A stretch of DNA of 64,000 nucleotides from Patescibacteria group bacterium (GCA_041664365.1 JBAYKW010000001.1:144862-208861); one strand, 5' to 3'; shown: positions 8,962 to 17,658, counted from the first letter of the stretch. Notes: generated from the letters alone by a model not told the origin. A program made the numbers and translations.

Positions 8962-9261
8962 TTAATAGCCTGACTGTAGTTCTCTGAGTATTCCTAAAAT
9001 TTCATCAGATGTTAGCGACTCCTGCTTACCCCCTGGGAATTGTATTAAATATTCGTCGTCTCCCGCTTCGTCGTGGCTATTGTCTAAGAAAGCTCCATTT
9101 TCAATCGCGAAGGGTATAATTTCTTCTGGTGATTCAAATCTTGCACCATCGTTAATTACGATACAATTATCGTAGTTTGCATCGTCTGCAGGAACAACTT
9201 TAAATTTTTTTGATGCTAAATCTGGATTTTGGTCTTGATCCATTTTGAAATCGCCTATCAT
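8962..9261 (-). CDS. hypothetical acidic protein
   Basis: 99-aa ORF with a strongly acidic composition. No recognised motif. Confidence 0.3.
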   Translation of the reverse strand: MIGDFKMDQDQNPDLASKKFKVVPADDANYDNCIVINDGARFESPEEIIPFAIENGAFLDNSHDEAGDDEYLIQFPGGKQESLTSDEILGILRELQSGY

Positions 9262-9372
9262 AGTTTTATTGTTAATAATTTAAGACTAATGCTAGCTTAT
9301 ACTATTTATCATGAAAAGTAAAATTAATCCCGGCTTATTTGATCCACGATACGCAAAATATGGGGACTGTCT

Positions 9373-9651
9373 TTATTTAAACCACTTCTTTGCACTTGGT
9401 CTGCGATGAGGGCAACCGGGCCAACAGCAGGGTCTGCGTTTTCCTTCAAGTAGTTCAGCTGACAAGCGTTCCAGATGTTCTTTTCTTGTCTCGGGTTTCT
9501 TTACAATTGTAACCCAGCAAATCCACTCATTGCGGGCAAGGGGAGTAAGATTGTCCCATACTGCCAGTAAATCAGAATTGGCTTTTAAAACTTCATTTAG
9601 ATCCTTTGGGACTTTATGAAGTGGGCCCGATTCTTTCTGCTTTTCAATCAT
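9373..9651 (-). CDS. YdeI/OmpD-associated (bacteriocin-protection, OmdA) family protein
   Basis: LTPLARNEWICWVTIVKKPETRKEHLERL closely matches the conserved YdeI/OmdA C-terminal motif. Confidence 0.55.
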   Translation of the reverse strand: MIEKQKESGPLHKVPKDLNEVLKANSDLLAVWDNLTPLARNEWICWVTIVKKPETRKEHLERLSAELLEGKRRPCCWPGCPHRRPSAKKWFK

Positions 9652-9764
9652 AGTATTTTGTAAATATTATTAAGCTAAACGTAATATCTGAACACAGGAT
9701 ATATTATAATTATATCCTCTTACAGATAAAAGGCAAAAATTGATAAATAAAACTTAGTAAATTA

Positions 9765-10175
9765 TTATATTTTAGCCAAATCTCCGTTCAATGTAATCGG
9801 TTGCATAGCCAGAATTTCATCAGAGTAAAACATGTCAGGAATATTGTTCAACATGAAAATTGTTTTGTTTAAACAATGCGCAAACCCCATCTCCAGAAAA
9901 GCGTTTCCGCCGATATAATTGTGAATACCATTTTTATCAACATTAACAATCAGCACTGCGTCAGCTTTTTTTATCTCTTCAAAATAATCACGTATCAGAT
10001 CTTGTTCAATCTTATCTTTGATTGATTCATAGGAAGTGTCCACACCTAATCCCATTTCAGCATACTCTTTTGTATGCTTTGGCAATATTACTTCATGATT
10101 ATGCTTAAGCAATTCCTTCTCTATATCTAACATTTGAACAGCGGATGACATGCTCCCGCATATTACGATTTTCAT
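9765..10175 (-). CDS. nucleoside 2-deoxyribosyltransferase-like protein (Rossmann-like, NDT/DNPH1 superfamily)
   Basis: IVICGSMSS ... VLIVNVDKNGIHNYIGGNAFLEMGFAHCLNKTIF resembles the NDT-family active-site region (E-x-G-x-A). A paralog lies at 38204-38635. Start is placed at the second Met, directly after the upstream kinase stop. Confidence 0.55.
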   Translation of the reverse strand: MKIVICGSMSSAVQMLDIEKELLKHNHEVILPKHTKEYAEMGLGVDTSYESIKDKIEQDLIRDYFEEIKKADAVLIVNVDKNGIHNYIGGNAFLEMGFAHCLNKTIFMLNNIPDMFYSDEILAMQPITLNGDLAKI

Positions 10176-10666
10176 ATTTTTGGTAAATATGAAAGTATTT
10201 TTTTTGTACATTCATCAATATTTTTAGTAACATCAATTTCTGTGCCATAAGTAAATTCAGTAGATTTTTTATGGACAACAGTGGCAGCATCTTTTCCATG
10301 AGCCTTATCCCTTTTCGCATCTCTCTCTATACAAAGCTCAACGGGGGCTTTTAGGGTAAATACATAATGGGGAAAATCAATCTTTTTTATTAAATCATCA
10401 ATTTGAGATTTCCAATAAAAATTACCATCAAAAATAATTGATTTACCGGATTTTAAAATTTTAATCGCTTCGGGGATTATTATATTATTTGCTTTTTTAA
10501 AACTTTCTTGTGAGACATAACCATCTTCTTCACTTAAGGTAAAATGACCCTCATCTAAAATTCTATCAATAGCAAAATATTTAGCATCAATTATTTTTGT
10601 TAATTTTTCAGAAATTGTGGATTTACCACAACCTAGTGGACCTCTAATTATAATATAATAGTTCAT
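10172..10666 (-). CDS. P-loop nucleoside/nucleotide kinase-like protein (AAA_33/zeta-toxin-like fold)
   Basis: Walker A IIIRGPLGCGKST at the N-terminus. The ~160-aa size fits small NMP-type kinases. Confidence 0.6.
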   Translation of the reverse strand: MNYYIIIRGPLGCGKSTISEKLTKIIDAKYFAIDRILDEGHFTLSEEDGYVSQESFKKANNIIIPEAIKILKSGKSIIFDGNFYWKSQIDDLIKKIDFPHYVFTLKAPVELCIERDAKRDKAHGKDAATVVHKKSTEFTYGTEIDVTKNIDECTKKILSYLPKI

Positions 10667-10738
10667 ATGAAGGATAAAAAATTATTTCTTTTTGCCTCAT
10701 ATCCGGTGCTCGGCGATGTATTTTTCAAAAATACTTGT

Positions 10739-11215
10739 TTATTCAAAAATTATTCCAGATAAATATCTTTCTATCAAAATTTTGTCTGCCGGGAATAGAT
10801 TAAGTTTTAAAGCATCCTTTGGTGTATACCATTGCCAATCCAATCGTCCCTCGTTCTCGAGATCGGAAAAGTTACCATCTACATAATCTGCCTTCATTCC
10901 AATAGTAACATAACTTTTTTCTTTATCGGTTCTATAAAAATCATATACCGAAATAAGTTGAATATTTTCTATTTTAATACCACTTTCCTCTTTAACCTCA
11001 CGAGCAGCACATTCTTTTAGCGTTTCGCCTGATTCCCAATGTCCACCTGGAACACCAAAGACAGCTTCTCCCTTACGAGTATCTTTGCCAATGGCAATTT
11101 TCCCCTCTTTTGCTACAACCGTAGCCACTCCAATAGATGGAGGATTGGATTCATTATTTTGAGACATAAGTTTATTTTTAATATATATTTTGAAAATATT
11201 TCGCCTAACAGACAA
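10739..11215 (-). CDS. Nudix hydrolase
   Basis: Nudix box GGHWESGETLKECAAREVKEESGI. Confidence 0.7.
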   Translation of the reverse strand: MSVRRNIFKIYIKNKLMSQNNESNPPSIGVATVVAKEGKIAIGKDTRKGEAVFGVPGGHWESGETLKECAAREVKEESGIKIENIQLISVYDFYRTDKEKSYVTIGMKADYVDGNFSDLENEGRLDWQWYTPKDALKLNLFPADKILIERYLSGIIFE

Positions 11216-11348
11216 GCGTATGCGACGTTATGAGCGAGCTTTGCGGTAAAATATTTGCGGAGCAAACCACCATAGTGTGCGTAGCAGTTTGATCGTAGGG
11301 CTGCAAGCCCGAACTCATTCTAGTGTCAAGCAGGGATTTTAAGCCGAT

Positions 11349-12326
11349 TCATGCCTGTTTTTGAATATAAAAGGAACCCGGCTCCCTTTCTGGAGTCAAT
11401 CTAGGGCATTTATCCTTTAATAATTTATATTTTTTATGATGTAAAAAGTTTAATGCCCCAATAATTCTCCATTTACTATTAGATGTTAGAAATGCTTCCA
11501 GCAAGTATTGTTCATTCCAGAACCTCACTTTTCCAATTACCCAATCTTCCGGATAGTCTTTAGGCGAAAAGATATCATGAATATGGACAATCACCCCGTT
11601 ATTTAAAGTAGGTAATAATTCAAGATACTCGTACAATACGTCTCCTTGAGGACGTATCATGTGTGATGAGTCAATGAAAAGAATATCATTAGTATCTAAT
11701 TTTTTAAATACTTCCTTGTTGACTTCTTCAACTTTCTTACGAATAACATCAACATTCAGTTCCTCAAGCCAAGGCATTTCGTATGGTTCAATACAAATAT
11801 GTTCGCATTTATAATTTTCATCTTCAATTATATTTTTTTTAATAGCCAATTGAGCAATCTTTGTTGAACTGCCACTACCAATTTCAACAATTGTCTTGGG
11901 TTTTTTAAGTCTAACAATATTATACCAGTATTCGGCATCACCTGATTCAAATGAATCATTATTAAAGTTAAATGACAGATCATCTATATAATCACTTGGG
12001 ATATTATCAAATTCATCATTGTAATGAAACTTCTCTAAAAGAGAAATTTGTTCTGTAATATTCCAATCAATTCCTGGCAATTCTCGATTTTCTGATAAGG
12101 GTTTGCGTAGGCATTTTTTATCAAATAGTGGCTCATAATAATGATTGCAAATCGGCATTACTCCAACTTTCAATAAAGCTTTTTTGGATATTTTCAGATG
12201 TTCTAAGCCGATGCGACGAACAGCACGTAAAATAACCGCTGAAATAAATACAAATGGAAATAATAATACATCAATTAATGGTGAATGTCCTATGCCTTTT
12301 ACAATAGATCTAAAATTCAGTTTCAT
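11349..12326 (-). CDS. class I SAM-dependent methyltransferase (TylF/Methyltransf_24-like) with N-terminal TM helix
   Basis: IVEIGSGSST is a motif I glycine-rich SAM-binding loop. An acidic ILFIDSSH follows downstream. Confidence 0.55.
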   Translation of the reverse strand: MKLNFRSIVKGIGHSPLIDVLLFPFVFISAVILRAVRRIGLEHLKISKKALLKVGVMPICNHYYEPLFDKKCLRKPLSENRELPGIDWNITEQISLLEKFHYNDEFDNIPSDYIDDLSFNFNNDSFESGDAEYWYNIVRLKKPKTIVEIGSGSSTKIAQLAIKKNIIEDENYKCEHICIEPYEMPWLEELNVDVIRKKVEEVNKEVFKKLDTNDILFIDSSHMIRPQGDVLYEYLELLPTLNNGVIVHIHDIFSPKDYPEDWVIGKVRFWNEQYLLEAFLTSNSKWRIIGALNFLHHKKYKLLKDKCPRLTPEREPGSFYIQKQA

Positions 12327-12334
12327 AATAAATA

Positions 12335-13159
12335 TTAATCCTTTTTTTCTAATATAATTCTTGAGATTTCTGCGGCTATAAATTTCATTTCTTGCCTTGC
12401 TTTTTTTACTTCTTCCATTGTTGAAGGGGAGGAATTTTTAGTTGGATGGGCACTGATTTGATTAGTTTTTTCAACGCCAGTAAACATTCTTTTGTAAAAA
12501 GATAATCCAGCAAAATCCGTAGATCCATAAATAATTTTTTTGTTTTTCAGAGTTTCTAAATTTCCGAGATCTTGTGGATCATCTACGGATAATGATGCAA
12601 TGTCAAAATCTACATCCTGCTTTTCAAGTATTCTAGCTAAAGATCCTATACTGTATCCGGTTTGTATGTGTTCTGTTACCAGTAAAGCTTTATCGATGGA
12701 TAATTTTTTTTCAGCAATAAATTGTTGGATAGCTTCATTGATTTGAGCATTATGATGTTGTCCTCCTGCTATAAAGAATGTTTGTACAGGTTCTTCTTCT
12801 AATTCAGCTTTTTTTCTGTTAATTACTTCTCTTAAAAATAAGGATATAATCCTACCGCTAGCGTCATCACTAATTATAGTATCATAATTTGTTATCCTAT
12901 CTTCCAACTCAATGACTAAGCGGGCAAGAGACATAATCACTTCTATCGCTTTTTTTTGCCCCCAGTATTCTAATAAAAATGGAATATTTTTTAGTACATA
13001 ATCCGCGTCAATACAGTCCATTATTCTTTTTTCCGCAATTTCATCCACTTGTCTGGTTATCAGTATGTCTTCAGGGGGGTTTTCAGATTCGACGGCAGTT
13101 TGTTCGGTAGGTTTTTTATCAGAGCTTTCTCTTGTTGGTGATTCAAAAAAAGTTTTCAT
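12335..13159 (-). CDS. hypothetical protein with possible phosphoribosyltransferase-like PRPP motif
   Basis: ALLVTEHIQTGYSIGSL loosely resembles the type I PRTase PRPP-binding loop (four hydrophobics, two acidics, TG). The match is weak. Confidence 0.3.
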   Translation of the reverse strand: MKTFFESPTRESSDKKPTEQTAVESENPPEDILITRQVDEIAEKRIMDCIDADYVLKNIPFLLEYWGQKKAIEVIMSLARLVIELEDRITNYDTIISDDASGRIISLFLREVINRKKAELEEEPVQTFFIAGGQHHNAQINEAIQQFIAEKKLSIDKALLVTEHIQTGYSIGSLARILEKQDVDFDIASLSVDDPQDLGNLETLKNKKIIYGSTDFAGLSFYKRMFTGVEKTNQISAHPTKNSSPSTMEEVKKARQEMKFIAAEISRIILEKKD

Positions 13160-13232
13160 ACTTTTTATAATTTATTACTATTCAATATAATTGGCCTGCA
13201 AATGAGAAGTTGACCGTGAGTAATTGTGATAA

Positions 13233-13310
13233 AATTATAACATCACAGGCACAAGAAGACAATTTGCGAAAACCAGCTCTTTTAAGCTGGCTTTCTTGCG
13301 TACGCTCGCC
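13233..13310 (+). repeat. ~75-bp direct repeat copy 1, containing hairpin CCAGCTCTTTTAAGCTGG
   Basis: ...catcacaggcacaagaagacaatttgcgaaaaccagctcttttaagctggctttcttgcgtacg... recurs at 14063-14140 at roughly 90% identity. Confidence 0.75.
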
Positions 13311-13346
13311 TATACTTGCAGTCTATGGCGAGACGCACGCCGTTGG

Positions 13347-13979
13347 TTATTTAATAAAACTTAATATTTGTGACAGGTCATCAATAACGATGTCTGCACT
13401 GGATAAGTCATTACTAATTCTCGATTTGAAACCAATTGTTGTAATACCTAGCTTTTGTGCGACGGGAAAAATAGTAGACATATCATCGATATAAACAATA
13501 TTTTTTGGTTCAATATTAAGGAAACTAAGCGCTTTTTTCAGGCCCTCTGGGTGTGGTTTTGGATGTTCAACGTCCTGACCACTAATTATAAAAGAAAAAT
13601 ATTCTTGGAGATTAAATTTGTTTAAGCCAGAATTTATTCCATATTTATCTACACTGCTTAAAATTCCCATTTTAATTCCTTTTTGAGAAAGTGCCACTAG
13701 AACGTCGTTTGCATTTTTGGTGAGTTTCACAAAATCAGCGTACTTAGGATAGAAAGTTTTCATCATTGGCAATACCTTTTCTATATCTTTTTTTGATACT
13801 CCGTTGTCAAAAAAGAACTTATGCCAGTCTTGTTTTATTTCTTGAAACCAAGTAGAGGGGCCAACTGTTTTTCCGCTAAGTGCTTTAACGATGTCACAAT
13901 TTGCTCGAGCAACGGCATCTAAATCATCAATAATTACTCCATTCCAATCAAAGATAATAGCCTTTATTGTTTTATTCAT
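13347..13979 (-). CDS. HAD-family hydrolase (beta-phosphoglucomutase/phosphatase-like)
   Basis: Motif I IIFDWNGVI (DxDGV-type) and a C-terminal YIDDM motif IV. Confidence 0.75.
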   Translation of the reverse strand: MNKTIKAIIFDWNGVIIDDLDAVARANCDIVKALSGKTVGPSTWFQEIKQDWHKFFFDNGVSKKDIEKVLPMMKTFYPKYADFVKLTKNANDVLVALSQKGIKMGILSSVDKYGINSGLNKFNLQEYFSFIISGQDVEHPKPHPEGLKKALSFLNIEPKNIVYIDDMSTIFPVAQKLGITTIGFKSRISNDLSSADIVIDDLSQILSFIK

Positions 13980-14062
13980 AAATCATATATTCTATAATAA
14001 GCCCATAGAATTTCGCACAATAGGTAGTATATGCGAAGATGCCTTTGTGGTGACTATGATAC

Positions 14063-14140
14063 AATTTTAACATCACGGGCATAAGAAGACAATTTACAGA
14101 AAACCAGCTCTTTTAAGCTGGCTTTCTTGCATACGCGATG
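14063..14140 (+). repeat. ~75-bp direct repeat copy 2 (same orientation as 13233-13310)
   Basis: ...catcacgggcataagaagacaatttacagaaaaccagctcttttaagctggctttcttgcatacg... Confidence 0.75.
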
Positions 14141-14231
14141 ATAGAGTATATTCATTTTTATTACATCTTTATCATTAGAGTCAGTAACTCTATAACTGAG
14201 TAAGAAAAAATTTTAGATTCCCAATGTTAGC

Positions 14232-14894
14232 TTACTCGGGTAATCCGGCTCGTTCCCTTATAGCATTAACTTTTTCCTCGACTGTGGTGAAAAGATTCTC
14301 TATGGCTTCTATTTTTTCTAAATATGTTTTTCCACTATAAATTATTATTTCATCAAATCCAGGGTCCCTCTTCATTATTTCTTCAAATGCTTTAATATTA
14401 TCTTCTTGACCACCTTTTTCTTTTAATGCAGCTATATATTTATTTATTTTTCTAAAAAGTATCTCTGATCGTCTGTCAACAAATTTATCAGATAATTTTG
14501 ATATTACTGCTTCATTTTCAAACATACCCCTTTTTTGTGTTTCTTTCTCATACGCTTCAAACCTACTATTAAAACTATTATTACAAGCATATAGTAGTTT
14601 CAATTTTTCTGCTTCACTAATACTTTCATCGCTTGTAATTTCGTCTATATCAGAAATTAAGTATTCTAGAATAGCGTCAAGGCGACGTTCATCATGTGGG
14701 TGTTCAGCAACTTCATTGTACCTTTCATTTCCACTCTTTTGATTTAATACACGTTTGTTTGCCGATGCAATTATTTCTTCTCGTACTTCAGCGTATGATT
14801 CTGTACTATTGTCTATTGTTGGCATCTCATCAGCTGGAGGTATTTGCTCATCGGTTTCGTCTACTATTGGGGATGGGGATCCAAATTCGTTCAT
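14232..14894 (-). CDS. hypothetical acidic protein
   Basis: 220-aa ORF predicted to be helical and acidic. No family recognised. Confidence 0.3.
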   Translation of the reverse strand: MNEFGSPSPIVDETDEQIPPADEMPTIDNSTESYAEVREEIIASANKRVLNQKSGNERYNEVAEHPHDERRLDAILEYLISDIDEITSDESISEAEKLKLLYACNNSFNSRFEAYEKETQKRGMFENEAVISKLSDKFVDRRSEILFRKINKYIAALKEKGGQEDNIKAFEEIMKRDPGFDEIIIYSGKTYLEKIEAIENLFTTVEEKVNAIRERAGLPE

Positions 14895-15024
14895 ATTTTA
14901 TAATTATTCAATTATATCTATATTATAAATAAATAATGTAATTTTGCAAATAGCAGCCATTAGCATAGCTGAATGGCCGGTTTTCATGTATTATTAAATG
15001 TAGATAAGCATTAACTAAATACAT

Positions 15025-15360
15025 ATGAAAATACTTATAAGGTGGCTATTAGCAACAGTTGCTATTATGATCGCGGCATATTTATTGCCGGGTGTGGAAG
15101 TGGACGGCTTTTTTTCCGCATTAATCGGAGCGTTGGTATTGGGTTTGATTAATGCATTTATTAAACCGATATTGGTGATTTTTACCCTCCCGATCAATAT
15201 TCTGACCCTTGGTCTGTTTACCCTGGTGATCAACGCGCTATTGGTCATGCTCATGGCGATGATCGTCTCGGGATTCTCCGTGGCAAGTTTTTGGTGGGCA
15301 TTGCTATTTGGTGTGGTGCTGGCAACTGTGAACTGGTTTCTTTCGCAATTGTCCAAATAG
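15025..15360 (+). CDS. phage-holin-family 4 / DUF360 (YvlD-like) membrane protein
   Basis: Four TM helices. ALIGALVLGLINAFIKPIL...TLGLFTLVINAL is typical of the DUF360 / Phage_holin_4_2 family. Confidence 0.55.
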   Translation: MKILIRWLLATVAIMIAAYLLPGVEVDGFFSALIGALVLGLINAFIKPILVIFTLPINILTLGLFTLVINALLVMLMAMIVSGFSVASFWWALLFGVVLATVNWFLSQLSK

Positions 15361-15470
15361 AAAGCTGTAGTATGAATTAGCCAGAAATTTCTTTACTATT
15401 TTAGAATGTTTCGGCAATTTATTTCAAATCAAACATAATTTTATATAATTTACAATTAATAAATAAACTT

Positions 15471-15836
15471 ATGGAATCACCAAAAATTGGCATGGATGAT
15501 CCAAAACCAAAACCCGAGCAAGTAAAAAAGGAATTTCAATTTGGTCTATTAGTGAGTCCAAAACAACTTTGGAATGTTCTTTATGAGAGAGATATTAATG
15601 CCCCTTGGACGGTTGCTAAGCAACAAATCCTAAATAATATAACTAAATTTCTTCAGGATAGAGGCAGACATGTAGATGGAGTAGAGATGGAAAGAATAGA
15701 TAAAATTTTAGAAGGTGCCGATGAGGAATTTAAAAATCCAGCTGGAAATACGGAAAAATATCCCAGCGGAACACTCGCTTGGGGTATGGACAAACTCCAA
15801 CAAGCTATAGCGGAAGAATTAAATAGAAGAGAATAA
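15471..15836 (+). CDS. hypothetical protein
   Basis: 121-aa ORF with no recognised motif. Confidence 0.3.
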   Translation: MESPKIGMDDPKPKPEQVKKEFQFGLLVSPKQLWNVLYERDINAPWTVAKQQILNNITKFLQDRGRHVDGVEMERIDKILEGADEEFKNPAGNTEKYPSGTLAWGMDKLQQAIAEELNRRE

Positions 15837-16035
15837 ATTGCAAAAACTGTAAGAGGAAATTTTTTGTTTACATAACTTAATAGTACATAAGCGGTTCTGC
15901 TTATTACACTTTGTCACATTACTCATATTTGCCGAGTTGTAGCCATCGGTATATCACGTAACATGTAGTAGTTGCTTATGCGCAAACGTTAAACAAGTAA
16001 ATAAAAAAAGCGCTGATTGAATATCAACGCGCGCT

Positions 16036-16335
16036 TTAGTCTTCCCCGGATTCTCTCCAACTCTTTGTGCAGTTCTGGCAGCGGTATTCTACCTGTGTTT
16101 TTCCGAAGGAGAATATTCCGGAGAATGATGAGAAGGTGCGTTGACGAGTGGGAAAGACCAGGTAGTGGCGTGTCTTACAGACGGGACAGCAACGTTTCCC
16201 TTCTTCATCGCGAGGGATGAGATGATCTTCTAAAGGTGCAAGGTATATGACCGCCGCGATGGTCAGAAACAGGGGGTGGATGAAAAGTCCGAAAAGAAGC
16301 ATTATACAGAAAAGAACACGCTGGTTGCCTGACAT
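16036..16335 (-). CDS. small membrane protein with C-terminal zinc-ribbon (CPVC...CQNC), in a high-GC island
   Basis: GGAGGAGGTG RBS upstream of the second Met. Two TM helices, then CxxC...CxxC. A terminator hairpin AGCGC...GCGCT plus a T-run follows on the minus strand at about 16000-16035. Confidence 0.3.
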   Translation of the reverse strand: MSGNQRVLFCIMLLFGLFIHPLFLTIAAVIYLAPLEDHLIPRDEEGKRCCPVCKTRHYLVFPTRQRTFSSFSGIFSFGKTQVEYRCQNCTKSWRESGED

Positions 16336-16482
16336 TTTCACCTCCTCCATGAATTAATAAGTCAGCCTACAGGACAGTTAACAATGCTAATCTATTTGCG
16401 TTTTGCTGTCAATATTTGTAAATAAAAAATGGGCGAGTTTTGTGGACTCGCCCGGTGTGCATCTCAACGATGATCTTCTTCT

Positions 16483-16938
16483 CTACGCCTTCGCGTAGGC
16501 TGCGACAATTTCGGATGACAGGGCATCCGGTCCGATCCGCTGAATCAGCGCGGCAGCCTGCTTTCTGGTCGGCTTCGCCGTGCCGGTTCGTGGGTCGAGC
16601 TTCGGAATGCTCAGGAGGTTGACGGGGGGCGAGTAGCCTCCCGCCATGGCATCAGTCACATCCTGATCGAAGCAGCGCTGCAGGTAGCTGTGCAGGGGTC
16701 CTGCGGGGGTCATGGGGTTGTTGGAGTTCATGCAGCTCCCGCAGACGCACAACAGGACGGTGCGCGCGCATCCGACGGGGGATTCCTTGTCCTTGGGGGA
16801 CACTGACTGGACTACGAGCACGTGGCTCGAAGACCATTGGGTTTTGTCGCACATGCGAGATCCTCTCATCATTAGAGTCGTGGGCATTGACTGCTCTGAC
16901 GGAGAAGATCGCATGTCAACCGAACCCGCGATGTGCAT
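16483..16938 (-). CDS. hypothetical cysteine-rich protein (high-GC island); reading frame uncertain
   Basis: Longest ORF in the ~60% GC segment and contains a CVCGSC cluster. Several overlapping alternative frames are open, as expected at high GC, so the call is weak. Confidence 0.25.
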   Translation of the reverse strand: MHIAGSVDMRSSPSEQSMPTTLMMRGSRMCDKTQWSSSHVLVVQSVSPKDKESPVGCARTVLLCVCGSCMNSNNPMTPAGPLHSYLQRCFDQDVTDAMAGGYSPPVNLLSIPKLDPRTGTAKPTRKQAAALIQRIGPDALSSEIVAAYAKA

Positions 16939-17224
16939 GACACCACGAGTACATAGTGGGTACCTCCCTGTAGGATCGGGGTTGTGGGGTGGCCAACAGA
17001 TACGGACAGAGTGTCCGCACTACAAAATGGTAGAAGAAAGTGGGGTAGGAGGACACGCATTTAGCAAATCCCAGAGGGCAACATCTGCCCACGGGCGAGC
17101 GAACTCGCCAGTCAATGTTACCCAATGGGTAGCATTTCTGCCTGCTTTTTGGTGTTGCGGTCCTCCCACCCACATCGTTGTTTCAAAGGTCAATATACAA
17201 AGAAAGTAATACAAATATGCCCTA

Positions 17225-17269
17225 TTGTCAAGACTAGTGTAATATTGTACAAAGCTGCCAGCTTGACAA
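17225..17269. promoter_or_regulatory. candidate ArsR operator: inverted repeat TTGTCAAG-n25-CTTGACAA containing palindrome AAGCTGCCAGCTT
   Basis: Read directly, upstream of the arsR-family gene. ArsR/SmtB regulators typically bind imperfect 12-2-12 inverted repeats overlapping their own promoter. Confidence 0.4.
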
Positions 17270-17307
17270 ATTAATAAAACTGATATAACATTAAAACAGT
17301 TGAGCAA

Positions 17308-17658
17308 ATGATAAAACGTAATATGCTGACACAGAAACAGGTATTAAAAAATAAAAACTGGTTACTTAAAAACGGTAAACATATAAAAATCCAAAGTGAT
17401 CTTTGTAATGTTTTATCTGATCCGACCAGGATAAAAATATTGCTGTTATTAAAACATTACAAAGAGATTTGCGTTTCAGATATCGCATCCATTTTGGATG
17501 TAAGTGTCAGTGCGGTATCACATCAGCTGAGTATGATGGAACGCTCCAATATTGTGACTAAATACAAAATGGGTAAACATGTCTGCTACTTGCTTGAAAT
17601 TAATGATAAAAAGATGGTTGGAATGCTGGATAATCATTTAGATAAACATATTCACTAA
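17308..17658 (+). CDS. ArsR/SmtB-family transcriptional regulator
   Basis: LSDPTRIKILLLL...ICVSDIASILDVSVSAVSHQLSMM is a winged-HTH ArsR signature. Confidence 0.75.
   Translation: MIKRNMLTQKQVLKNKNWLLKNGKHIKIQSDLCNVLSDPTRIKILLLLKHYKEICVSDIASILDVSVSAVSHQLSMMERSNIVTKYKMGKHVCYLLEINDKKMVGMLDNHLDKHIH

Noticed and set aside
11216-11348. tRNA gene in the GC-rich spacer
   Set aside because: Neither strand contains a T-arm consensus, and there is no acceptor-stem pairing between the ends of any ~75-nt window. Kept only as a low-interest ncRNA candidate.
10692-12357. Short ORFs 10692-10886, 10832-11020, 11039-11233, 12145-12357, 12540-12746, 13210-13494, 14696-14932, 15015-15356 (minus), 18591-18788, 19198-19802, 21899-22102, 22423-22650, 22823-23014, 25227-25493, 25939-26196, 26225-26422, 27250-27447, 27438-27629, 27643-28092, 32034-32315, 33563-33906, 34606-34815, 35249-35434, 36709-36891, 39362-39796, 40417-40935, 43698-43886, 44829-45122, 47079-47267, 48809-49018, 49225-49422, 50065-50271, 50593-50911, 53456-53674, 55374-55613, 56985-57173
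   Set aside because: They overlap better-supported genes in another frame or on the other strand, with low-complexity or hydrophobic-junk translations.
15025-15360. Prophage, inferred from a holin-family gene
   Set aside because: DUF360 / Phage_holin_4_2 proteins are widespread stand-alone membrane proteins. No capsid, terminase, integrase or lysin genes are nearby.
16440-17307. Additional ORFs in the 16-17 kb high-GC block (16440-16622, 16652-16852, 16712-17209, 16872-17060, 16916-17173, 17020-17307)
   Set aside because: They mutually overlap, have random-looking Arg/Pro/Ala-rich translations typical of GC-rich non-coding frames, and cover the region I interpret as a structured leader.
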